From the NCBI RefSeq assembly GCF_009914755.1, contig NC_060932.1: DNA of 64,000 nt; one strand, 5' to 3'. Origin of the DNA: the human T2T-CHM13v2.0 reference genome, Homo sapiens. The translations under genes were made by a program, and so were the position numbers. Shown one piece after another: positions 1 through 11,169 of this stretch (positions within the stretch are counted from its first letter, which is position 1; each line of letters starts with the position of its first letter). A model generated the notes under the pieces. It was not told the DNA's origin and did not search any database. It worked only from the letters and a program-made list of their open reading frames with translations.

Positions 1-830
<830 letters not shown>

Positions 831-1269
831 AGTCTGGAAGAAACAAAAGGAAAGGGCACATAATGGAGGGCTTGTTATGAGCTCCTTGGGATTCTGGATC
901 CTACTGCTGAAGGTTTTAACCAGTGCTTGACATGATCAAATTGACATTTTAGAAAGCTCATTGATGTATTGCATTTACTCAACTAGCATTTATTGATCAC
1001 CCACATCCAATGTTGAGTGAACCCTGAGGTAGGTGCTGTGGGAGACATGAAAACCAAAAAGGCATCGTCTGGCCAGAAAAGCACTTACCATGCAATAGAG
1101 GAGATGAGACACAAAACACTGAGCACAAGGTAAAGCTTTCTTGTCACAAGGGGTAACTGGGAGACCTGGGGGGAAAAGGCAGATGCACGGTGCCTCCAGG
1201 TGTTAGCTGGTGTTCCACGCCCACAAAATTATCTCAGAAAGCATAAAACTACAGGTGACTGAAAATCAC

Positions 1270-1740
1270 CTGTCAGCTCTAGCCCCTTGAACTTTCCTTA
1301 TTTCTAGATGGCAGAACCATAACCCTGAGAGATACTGGAAAATGCAAGATTTCCTTGAGGTAGGGTGTAGGAACGTGACTCATTTCTGGCCCAAGGGACC
1401 TGACTTAGGTCTCCTGAAATCCACCAGGGACTACTGACAAAGATCTTCTTTCCCGATAAAAACAGAGACATGTAAGAAGGACCCCTCCTCCCCCTTTCTT
1501 CCTGCCTCTGAGTGCATGTGGGTGAGGTTGTGATGCTTGGAGCTGGGGAATTGTGAGGGGAAAGCCAAGGGAAAGAAAGAAAAGATGGCAGACTCAGATC
1601 CCTAATATCATTGAGCCGCTGAAGCCTACAACCTGACAACCTCCCATTACCAGACTTCTTCTTATAGAAGCAAAATTTCCCCCTTTCCAACGAATTTATC
1701 AGCAGTTGTTGATATATATGGCCCAAAACCGCACTCAGCC
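1270..1740 (+). mobile_element. Old MaLR LTR (MLT1-like), degenerate
   Basis: cagatccctaatatcattgagccgctgaa...ccagacttctt motif typical of late MLT1 LTRs. Confidence 0.4.
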
Positions 1741-2039
1741 CTCATCTGCAAGCATACTGTGTCTAGAGCCAATCCTAACCTTTGAACAACGCAGTTGAAG
1801 GAAGCCTCACCCACCAATGAGTCAAGTCGGTCCTGCTCCTAGTTGTTATGACCACATGCATGCTGTAGTTCAGGATGGTAAAGAAGTTTCACATTCATAT
1901 GCCAACTCAGATTGATGGGCAGCAACTGGATAATCCGCTGTGCAGAAAGTTAAATACAGGTTCTGTGCAAAGAAGTGTCTAGATTCATAGTGCCAGACAT
2001 CTGCCCTGGGCCACATGCTTACCGTCCCATGGATGGATG

Positions 2040-2190
2040 GAACTTGGAATCAGAAGACCCAAGTTTGAGTCCTGGCTCTACTACTTTTGTGATTTTGGTC
2101 ATTTAACCTCTTTGAGCCTTCTTATGGCATAGTAGTTATAATCAAGATAATATAAGTGAATGTGCTTTGTAAACCATGAAGTGTTGGTCA
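2040..2190 (+). mobile_element. MIR SINE
   Basis: ggaatcagaagacccaagtttgagtcctggctctact...tttaacctctttgagcct core. Confidence 0.7.
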
Positions 2191-3579
2191 CACAGATGAT
2201 AGCTACTGTCTTATATTTGTCAAACCTCAGCTGAGGACCAGGTTGACAGGATGGAGGAAGAGGAGGAATTCAAGACTCGAGCGCTGGATGGCCAGTAGCT
2301 GGACACCTGACAGGAGGTTCTAAGGCCAGAGTTTCAGGTGAAAGTGAATGAGTAGTAGTGAGTTGTGGCCCTGAACAGTGAAATATAGTTGGAGAAGATT
2401 CCAAAAGCAGGAGTGAAGACACTAAGGGCAAATAAAGATAGAAATCATGGACTGGATAGCCTACGCTGTACTTTTTTATTGTTCTAACACCTGAGGGATA
2501 TGACCCTACCCATCAGTTATAGTGGCTCCCCATGGCTGGGGACTTTTCTGAATCTTCAGAGGGGCAAGCGAATTTGCCAAATTTCCCTCCCTAGGTGGTT
2601 CTAACGTGCCTCCTTAGGGCAGTGTTTCTCTTTCCTCTGTTGCAAACCACTAAAGTAGACTAGAATGAAGAAGCCCAAAGTGCAAGAAGAAATAGACAGT
2701 CCAAAGCTGGTAGAGATCTTTGGTAAGCTCAGGGTGGCAGGACCATTTTATTTTTCTCTCCTCCCTCACCTATGGCCTAGCACAAACCTACCACATTTCC
2801 AAAAAGCCCAGGAGGTAACAGTGAAAAAATCAGAAGAGGGCTTTTTATAATAAAAGTCAAAGCTAAAAGGGGGGCCAAGGACTCTTGACTAGAATGACCC
2901 AAGAGGCCCTCCCTCTCCAGGTTATGGAAGGCCTGAGTCCCTTGTGAAGTCTGACCTAAAGGCCAAAGGTGAGGGAGGCTTCCTTTAGCCCCCTCTTCAA
3001 CCCACATGGACACCTAAAGCATTCACCAGCCCCATGCAGGAAAATGGAAAAAAAGATTGACTGTCAACCCCAGGTGAAAGCTAAGAAGAGACTGAAGCCT
3101 ATGGCAGGTGGGTGGCGGGGTGGAGTGCAGGTGGGGGAAGAAAAATTCAAAGTTGTATTTGTCCATAGCTGTATCTCCAATGTCTACACCAAGGACTGGT
3201 TCATATAAGAGGCAATGAGTGAATGAGCCCATGGAGAAGTAGTAAATCCCAGATTGAATGGGTTGTCCAAGGAACTGAAGAGAGGTATTTGAAAGAGGGC
3301 CTGGACAACAGAGGCTCTGCACCCACAGAGAAGCAAGTGCATAAATGAAATTGAACTGGGCAGAGAGCCCCTCCCAATTCATAATCCAAGCAGACTCTGA
3401 GTGAATCCTGAGAGGAAGATCAGGCCTGGAGATGCTGCTCTCCATCCCTTCTGCATTCCACATATCAGAAAAACTCCAAGGGTTTAAATTATGTTTAACA
3501 TGCAAAATTAGGAGATTCTACATAAAGATACTGTTGATAAACTGAAGATTATTCCTACTCAAGTCAAGAGCTATATGTG

Positions 3580-3800
3580 AGCTGGTGCATTCTTGAACCA
3601 GACTGCCTGAATTTAAAGCCTGGCTCATTCATTACCAGCATGATCCTGAACAATTTACTCAACCTCTTTTTACCCCATTTCTTCAACCCATCCCCTCATT
3701 AAGAGATAATTATCACTTGTTATAAGGACTTAATATATTAATCCTTGTATAACGCCTGCAACAGTGCCTGGCACATGATATGCCTCAATACAATTAACTA
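3580..3800 (+). mobile_element. MIR SINE
   Basis: ccagactgcctgaatttaaagcctggctc...acagtgcctggcacat. Confidence 0.6.
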
Positions 3801-3846
3801 CCATAACATGTGAGGCACATATGTGTCAAAAGAATACAAGTTAAGA

Positions 3847-4044
3847 TGTTGTGAGGGGTTAAATTGCTCCTGCCCTCACACCAAATTCATATGTGGAAGT
3901 CATAATCCCTAATACTTCATAATGTAGCTGAATTTAGAGACAGGGTCTTTAAAGGGTAATTAAAGTTAAATGAGGTCATTAGAGGGGCCCCAATTCAAGA
4001 TGACTAGTATCCTTATAAGAGATTAGGATATATATACACACAGA

Positions 4045-4089
<45 letters not shown>

Positions 4090-4270
4090 ACCATGTAAAG
4101 ACAGAGAGAGAAGAAAGCTATCTATAAGCTGAGTGAGGCCCTCAGAAGAAACCAACCCTGCTGATACCTTGATCTTGAATTTCTAGCCTCCAGAACTGAG
4201 AAAATAAATTTGTTGTTTAAGCTACTCAGTCTGTGGTACTTTGTTATGGCAGCCCCAGAAAACTGATAAG
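3847..4270 (+). mobile_element. MaLR solo LTR (MLT1A/B-like)
   Basis: aaattcatatgtggaagtc...gaggtcattag...gcctccagaactgagaaaataaatttgttgtttaagc...ctttgttatggcagccc. Confidence 0.85.
4047..4086. repeat. (CA)n microsatellite (~20 units)
   Basis: Direct reading. Confidence 0.95.
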
Positions 4271-4587
4271 ATCTTCTTATGAAACAAATGTGGCCCACTT
4301 CACAAATTACCAAATTCAAATGCCCTCAGGCATCTGAATATAAACTGCTTTAAATTCATTCATTCATTCAACACTGTAGCACCTACTATGCCCTGAACAC
4401 TGCATGTTTATTAAAACCCTTCGTCATATAAGCCAATTTTATTTTCTTGTCAGTAACCACCCACTTCTAATTTTGTCCATTTTCTGCTGGGCAGCTTAGT
4501 GTGCCACTTGGTTGTCTGCCACTGCTTCTCCTGATTAATGGGAAATGATCCTTGTTATGGATCTGAAATGAACAGCATCAGAGTATG

Positions 4588-5172
4588 TAGTTCTCAGCTC
4601 TGGCTAAACACTAGAATCACCTGGGAAGTTTTAAAAATACCTACACCCAGACCTACCCCTTACCCCATTCTGATTTAGTTGGTCTTCGTGTGGAGCTCTG
4701 GCAGTGTTTCTGTAAGCTTCCCAGACAATTCTAGTGTGCAACCAAAGTTGAGAACCACTACTTAAGTTTAAAAGGGACTTCAAGGTCACCCCCCCTTTCC
4801 ACTCAAAGTACAGTTCACAGATCACCAGCACTGTCATCATCTGGAAACTCGTTAGAAATGCAGAATCTCAGGTTCCATCCCAAACTACTAAATCAGAATG
4901 CATATTTTAACACGATTCACCACACAATTCAGATGTACTCTAAAATTTAAGCACTGTATTCCTACTAGAATCTAGATGATTCATAGAATCTAGATTATTC
5001 TAATGGGAGTTCACCGCTTCTGAATCAACTAGAAAGCATGTTAAAAACTAAGCTACCTGGCTTCCTCTCAGATTCATAGAATCTCAATCTTTGGGTAAAA
5101 GGCCTAGAAATCAAAATTTTATGTATTTTTGTGTAGCTAGTCACACAAGGGTCTGCGGTTTGGGAATCACTT
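4588..5172. mobile_element. Cluster of three MER5A/MER5B (hAT-Charlie) MITEs (~4588-4760, ~4800-4957, ~5005-5172)
   Basis: gttctcag...tagaatcacctgggaag...ttgagaaccact; gttagaaatgcagaatctcagg...aatcagaa; gtttgggaatcact. Confidence 0.7.
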
Positions 5173-5270
5173 ATCTAGGGCAATGTATATATTCTCTCAG
5201 CTGCCCAGCCTCTGTTTAAAAACCTTCCAATTCTTTTTTGAAAATCAGAAATATAACAGAGATACAGGTT

Positions 5271-5276
5271 TTTATT
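5271..5276 (-). terminator. Polyadenylation signal AATAAA (TSPYL5, inferred)
   Basis: tttatt on plus; upstream TGTA at 5299-5302 and downstream U-rich TTCTGATTTT on minus; sits at the edge of the repeat-poor block. Confidence 0.6.
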
Positions 5277-5849
5277 TTTCCATCATGCATGCAAACTTAC
5301 AACTATTTATACTGTTTAAGAACACAGAAATAATTGCGTTATTAACAGGGTGTCAAATTACCAAGTAGAACAACCAGTTACTAATTATTTTGGGGAGGTT
5401 ATTTTCACAGAACACAGCAACAATTTCCAAATTATTCTTCCAAAACCAGAGTTATGAGACCAGTACAAGCTGATAACAATGCTAATGGTCACACAAGTTT
5501 CCATGTTACACAGAAAAAAAGATTGACATTCTGGTGAAGGGTCTCAAGTACCTTACCATATCAGAATTTTTGAAAGAGTTTTACAACAGAACAGTCTCTC
5601 TCTTGTTTTGTAGATGCAAGGGAAAGGAAGCATCCCTCTCATTTCTTTTTGAGACTCCTTGTTAATTCTTAAAACACATTTCTAAGGCCCATCTCTGGAA
5701 CTTCATTAGTTAACATTAAAAGCAAAAAGCAGACCTGATGTGATTATGATAGTGCACCCCATCACTATCACCATCAAAAGAGACTACCAATCTCCCAAAG
5801 TAGTCACGGTTGCATTGGCATAGTGTCTTGGATTTTCAATAAACAATAC

Positions 5850-6018
5850 AGGTGAAAAGAGAGAGATACAGATGAAACCAGGTTGACCATAGCTGATAAG
5901 TGATGCAGCTAGGTGATGGACACATGGGGTCCAAGGACCATCCTCTCCACTTCTGTGCATGTCTGAAAATGTCCATAACACAGAGCAAAAAAAAAAAAAA
6001 ATAACAAAAAACAAAAAA
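5850..6018 (+). mobile_element. L1MC/L1ME 3'-terminal fragment with A tail, inside the 3'UTR
   Basis: gaccatagctgataag...ggtgatggacacatgggg...tgtgcatgtctgaaaatgtccataac followed by an A-rich tail. Confidence 0.55.
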
Positions 6019-7115
6019 GCAGACTTGCACATCTGTATCTTCCCATTAGACTAAAATGGGGAAAGTCGTAAGACTTTAAAGGCAAAATGTGCAGCATATA
6101 GCATTCTTCTGCATGTACAAAGCCACACCTAGAACAAAAAAATAAAGCATCCAAAGTAACATTATTCCGTTTCTGGTTTGTCTCTGTGGCTTATAAAATC
6201 TACTAATGATAAGATTGGACAAAACTTTGGGAACATCCTCAACTAGGCATCCTATTTGTTCATAACCCCTTCAATTCTCATTTTCCAAGCTAGGGAGGTC
6301 CCTCCCATACTCTATCACTGAGAGACAGGCATGCTCCCCCTGCGGCTTCTCAAGCCATTTCTGTCTGATTTTGCAGGCCCACTCCATACCAGTATCATGC
6401 CTACTCGACGGTTTTGCTCCAAATCCCCCACCTAGCACACCCTTGCTACAGCTTTAAGCCAAGGACTCTCTTGAGGAACTTAGAATGAGGCCTCCCTAAC
6501 AAAAGAGAAGGTAGGGAAGAACAGGTGTAGATACAGTCCTTCTTACCCACCCTCAGGGATAAGAGAGGGAAAGGCCCAGCTCTGCTTTTACACCCACTGG
6601 AAATAACCCGGAGATCCAAAACAGATTCTGCCCATCCCAATCCCCATCCCCCAGGAGAAGCTTGAGATGCTCCATATTGGAGACTAAAGCCCACTCCTGG
6701 GGCTATTTGAGGTAGAAGCAAAGAGAGCAAAGGACTGCTGAAAGTGGGAAAGCTGGGGATTGAGGTCCAGATGGCCAGAGGCTACCACAAAGGAGGAGAC
6801 AGCAGGAGGCACTTGGGTCTTAGGAAGCATTAAAACAAAGTCAAAACAAGAGTAAACACTAGTCTATGACATGGCTGCCTTGGGGTTTATAACTCAAGCA
6901 GATGCTAGGCATGAAAAGGATTTTCAACTTCAGAACTGTAGAGCAAGCGCAGGAGACAGGTTCAGGGTTTGCCAGCAGATCCACTTGGCCTTCTGGTTTC
7001 CTCAACTCTCTTTCAACCTAGTATGTGTGCGCAGTGCCAAGTTCTCAGCTACCTCCCCAGCTGTATGTAGAAAAATGTGGTTTTTCAGTTGTTTTCTCTG
7101 TGGTACTATTTAAAC

Positions 7116-7250
7116 AAAATAAAAAAGAATAAGGAAAGAAGGAAGGGGAAGGCAGAAGGGGAGGAAAGGAGGCTACCAGGAAAGGGAGGGAGGAAAGAAG
7201 AATGAGAGGGAGGAAATGAGGGATGAAGGCAGGCAAGCAAAATAAGAAGT
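7116..7250. repeat. Purine-rich (GGAA/GGGA-like) low-complexity tract
   Basis: Direct reading. Confidence 0.8.
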
Positions 7251-8355
7251 ATAAGTGACCTGAAGTCAAGCAAGCAGAGGCCCACAAATCAGAAATACCT
7301 CTTCCCAGAACCCCTACTATGGCACTCTGCTCACATCTTAGACGGGAATAAGGGAAGTTGACAATGGTATCTGGATTCTATATAGGCCCAGTCCTCACCC
7401 TCACCTGGAGCCACAGCATAATGACAGTGAACACATGTCCACACATACCAGCCCGCCCATCAGTCTGGCAGCCAGTAGGGTTCCTGGAAAGCTGGGGAGG
7501 GTAGGTGTGTGTCTCATGCACTGGTAGGGGGCCTCGGTCCACAGGCAGTTCTTGAGGTCCTTGTTGACCAGGAAGCCAACTGGGGCTGACAGCAACCCAG
7601 ACAAAACTTAATGGCTTGATAGTGACACGGCATGGCGCAGATCTTGATGAAAGTTCACCAGTAGAAGGGCCCAGAAGCAAGAAGAGACACATGATGGTAC
7701 AGAACACATGGCATACTGTTTCTTGCCCTTAACTTCATGCATGCCCAGCAGTCAAGTGCCATTCTGCAGAACATCAAGCAGGATGGGTATCACAGACCAC
7801 AGGCCAAAGCCAGAAATAAAGCAGGTGACATCTCAGCTGGTGACCCCAGACCCACAGAACAGGAAGTTCTGGCTGATGACTAATACCATGTGCACTGGCT
7901 TCATTCTGCAGTGGCAATGGAAACGCTTGCATAGATGACATGCATGGCCAGCATGAACACGAAGCCCAGCAAGTCACTGGCCCTGAAGGAGCAGAGCTTG
8001 AGGATGCACTGGTCGTCCTGGAGGATGACTCATGAGTGTCCATGTTAAAGACAAGTAGGAAAGGCCAGAGCCAAGAACAAGGTCCAGGCAATGTAGATAA
8101 CAGGGAGCACACATCTAAAGTATGTGTGCTTAACATATGAACAGTCCGGGTGCGATCACATAACATGTGACACTAACGTAGAAAAGCAAGAGGCTATGGG
8201 AGGCAAAAGAACATGATCATAAATGCCATATTCTTGTAACTAAAGTCCAAAGGGTCTATAGTACACAGAGGCCAACATGAAGAGAAGGCAGAGAGCCAAA
8301 TATGTAGTCAACCAGGAGCAGCCCAGCAGGAGGTAGCAGGGAGACTTGTGCAGGA

Positions 8356-9609
8356 TCAGTTGGATTGGCTCACCCCAGGCTGAGTAGTCTCCATTGGCTG
8401 CTTTCCTGGACCTTGCCTGCCTTCTTTTTCCTTTCCTTTCTCTACACGAGCCCCTTCACTCAAAAGGTAGAACTGCAAGGGATTGGGCCACAATTCTTCG
8501 TTGATTATCTCCACAATCTTGTCAGACTCAATGGAGCTGTGGTTTGAAAACCACCCAAAGAAACTACGGTTGTTTTCTGGGTTTCCCTGGCTTAGGGACT
8601 GGAGATCATGCCCTGGGAGCCACTGGATTGGAGTAGAACGAGACACCACCTGGCCAGAAGGACCACACCCATATTCCTTGATGAGCACCTTATTTTGGAA
8701 ATACGGGTTGCGATCGAAGTAGAACTTGATTTTGTAGCCCAATCTGGCAAGGCCGAGCTCTTCCACTTCCAAGCTGTTTAAGTAGCTCAGTACCTCTTTC
8801 TCTTGGCTATTCAGAAAGGATGCTAGCTGGGGATGGTTCTGAAATGCTTGCCCCCAGAAGCCCGGAATATTTTGGATGAGGTGGTTCCTGCGCTCCAAGT
8901 GCTGCAGTCGCAACTGCCCAAACTTCCTGGAGAGCCGAAGGTAGGCCCTGTCCGCCTGGGCGTTCATGTTCTCCAGCTTCAGCTGCACGTTCTCCAGCGT
9001 ATCCATGCTGCCTTCCGTCGCTGGGGGCCCCGACCCTGCATCCCTCTCTTCCTTCTTTTCCTCCCCAGCTGACACCGAGGTATTCTCCCCTGCCGCCCCT
9101 TTCTTCTGCCTCCCACCAGCTATGACCTGAGGCCCCCTCCCCGCGGTGCTACAGGTTTCTGGGGCCTTCTTCCCGGCAGGGCCACGCCGGTTTCCAACGC
9201 GGGGGGCATTTTTCGGCCTTCCCACGGTTCCCGCTGTTCCCACGAAGACACTGTCTGCGGCCAGGCGCTCCGAGAGAGATGCGGCCTTCCCCGGGCCGGG
9301 CCTGGCCGCGGCCTGCCCGTGGTCCCCCGCAGCTCGGGCCCGCAGCGCGAGGCCACAGTCCAGGGGGAGCCGGCAGGCGGCCTCCTCCCCGAGCCGGAGG
9401 AGCTGCGCGGACGCAGCGGCTTCCAGGCCACCCCACCCCGCGCCAGCCTGCACCTGTGCCGCCTGGGTGTCTTCCCCGAGACTCTGGTACTGTGAAGGGT
9501 CCGGGTCGCGCGGGGCGTCGTCCGGAGCAGGGCGGACTCGGGCTTTGGCGCGGCCTTTGCCCCGGTTTTTGGCGCGGGAGGACTTTCGACCCCGACTTCG
9601 GCCGCTCAT
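8356..9609 (-). CDS. TSPYL5: Testis-specific Y-encoded-like protein 5 (NAP/SET/TSPY family), 417 aa, single exon
   Basis: ORF MSGRSRGRKSSRAK...GVSQSN; C-terminal NAP domain (LIQNIPGFWGQAFQNHP, YKIKFYFDRNPYFQNKVLIKEY, SFFGWF, ELWPNPLQFY); ATG at 9609 in GCCGCCACCATG; TGA at 8356-8358. Confidence 0.97.
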   Translation of the reverse strand: MSGRSRGRKSSRAKNRGKGRAKARVRPAPDDAPRDPDPSQYQSLGEDTQAAQVQAGAGWGGLEAAASAQLLRLGEEAACRLPLDCGLALRARAAGDHGQAAARPGPGKAASLSERLAADSVFVGTAGTVGRPKNAPRVGNRRGPAGKKAPETCSTAGRGPQVIAGGRQKKGAAGENTSVSAGEEKKEERDAGSGPPATEGSMDTLENVQLKLENMNAQADRAYLRLSRKFGQLRLQHLERRNHLIQNIPGFWGQAFQNHPQLASFLNSQEKEVLSYLNSLEVEELGLARLGYKIKFYFDRNPYFQNKVLIKEYGCGPSGQVVSRSTPIQWLPGHDLQSLSQGNPENNRSFFGWFSNHSSIESDKIVEIINEELWPNPLQFYLLSEGARVEKGKEKEGRQGPGKQPMETTQPGVSQSN

Positions 9610-9910
9610 GGTGGCGGCGGAGGCAGCTTCAAAGACACGCTGTGACCCTGCGGCTCCTGACGCCAGCTCTCGGTCGGGACCGAGCGGGTCTCTCCACGGC
9701 AACCGCCGACGTCACGAACGTACAACTGTACCGTCGCGAGAGGACGTGATGCGCCCGGTGATTGGCGCCGCCGCTGCGGCTGCGCAGGAGACGACCCCCG
9801 CGGGCGCTCCCACCCCCATCTCGCGCGGACTCGCTTTAGGTCTCGGCGAGTTTCTCTGATATGCGCTCGCGGGGGTGCTGCCATTTCATCTCTTCCGCGC
9901 GGGCTCATCG
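8870..9910. promoter_or_regulatory. CpG island over the TSPYL5 promoter and 5' CDS
   Basis: Very high GC and CpG density against the CpG-depleted background. Confidence 0.9.
9700..9890 (-). promoter_or_regulatory. TSPYL5 TATA-less proximal promoter (CRE-like, CGCG-element-like, CCAAT, YY1-like)
   Basis: TGACGTCG 9707-9714; TCGCGAGA 9734-9741; GCCAATCA with CCAAT at 9761-9765; GAAATGGCAGC 9877-9887. Confidence 0.6.
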
Positions 9911-10194
9911 TGCTCTCAGGGTCTCGTTGAACAAGGCAACGCTAAGAGCCATCACCACCTGTCCCCCATCACCTGTTTTCTAAACTAAACATCTTCAGCT
10001 CCTCCAGTTATCTCTTGTGGCATCTGTCATGAAGAAAGTGCTCGGGCGTGTGTGTCTCTCTTTGAACACCTTTGCTGAGGGATTTGCTCTGGTACCTTAA
10101 CTCCAGAGAACGTAAAGGTGGATGCTATAATGCCGGGCGTCAAAGCGATTTGGTACGCAGTAAGATGATAGTAGAAATTATAAAAATAATGGCA

Positions 10195-10392
10195 ACTAGT
10201 ATTTTGTATCATTTGTGCCAGGCACTTTACTAGGTGCTTTAAATGCATTATCTCAATTTACAAAGGAGGTGTTGATATCATTCCCATTTTCGAGATAAGA
10301 AAACTGCATCTCAGAGACACCCGGGCACATTCCCCAGGTTACACAGTAAGGGATGGAAGCACAATTCAAACTCAAGCCCATGGGACTCCGTA
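10195..10392 (-). mobile_element. MIR SINE
   Basis: tgtgccaggcact...cccattttcgagataagaaaactg...ccaggttacacag...ttcaaactcaag. Confidence 0.75.
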
Positions 10393-10959
10393 TCCTATGC
10401 CTTATATTTGGAAATGGCAAGTCCTTCCAGACTTGTTCCACTGTCAATTACTGGGCTGGCTCTTAAGAAATCAGCCTTGCTCCTTAACAAACAGGCTTCC
10501 GTGGACCACCTGACCACCTCTTCTGCCTGGGAACATCACCCGAGTCCCCCAGCTGCCTCAGTTTACAGATCTGGACTATCACTCTAGGTATAGGACCAGA
10601 AGTGAAGACCTGTATTAGAGCTCCTGTAATTGGAGTAAGACAAGAATGTGGTGAGAGGTGAAATTATTATTCAGGGAGCAGATTGAGGTTCAGAAGCAGA
10701 GCCTCCACGTGGCACTGCAGAAGCCCTAGAAACTTCTTACACTGTGCATGGAAACAGCCGGACAACCTCCCCCACAGTCCCGGAGGCAGCCCTGGACCAC
10801 GCTCTTACTAGTGAGGTAATAGGACCATGAACAGTGAGGGGACCTGTGGCTAATGTAAAAATATAAAGAAAAACCTTTTGAGGTGGTCTTTTCAGGCTCA
10901 AAGGGAACAAAAAGGCCCTTGTAACCAGCTAGTGGAGAGATAAGCCCAAAAGCCCCGGG

Positions 10960-11120
10960 ACCTCATTACTCAAAGTGTGGTTGTGGACCAGCAGCCTGAT
11001 ATCACCTGAAAGCTTGTTAAAGATGCAGAATCTCAGGCCTTTCCCCAGACCTACTAAGTCAGAATTTGAATTTTAACAAGATCCTGGGTGATTTGTATAC
11101 ACCCCTAAGTTTAAGGAAAC
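10960..11120. mobile_element. MER5A (hAT-Charlie)
   Basis: tactcaaagtgtgg...gcttgttaaagatgcagaatctcaggcc...ccagacctactaagtcagaa...tttaacaagatcc. Confidence 0.8.
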
Positions 11121-11169
11121 AATTTAAAGAGGAATTATTTTTATACAGATGGCCCTATTTTAAGCCGGC

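Larger units (their letters stand above)
5250..8355 (-). other. TSPYL5: Probable TSPYL5 3'UTR (~3.1 kb)
   Basis: Nearly repeat-free stretch between the TSPYL5 stop and a minus-strand AATAAA; length fits my recollection of a ~4.4 kb single-exon mRNA; exact end inferred. Confidence 0.65.

Noticed and set aside
7378-8166. 100-130 aa ORFs in the TSPYL5 3'UTR
   Set aside because: No recognisable homology or coding bias; lengths compatible with chance
9610-9702. 448-aa ORF-track version of TSPYL5 as the main CDS
   Set aside because: Starts at TTG; the perfect-Kozak ATG at 9609 gives the recognised 417-aa protein. Extension kept only as a hypothesis
9146-9859. 237-aa plus-strand ORF antisense to TSPYL5, and other ORFs overlapping the CpG island
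   Set aside because: GTG start, low-complexity Ala/Arg/Pro content, no domain; expected from stop-codon scarcity in GC-rich DNA
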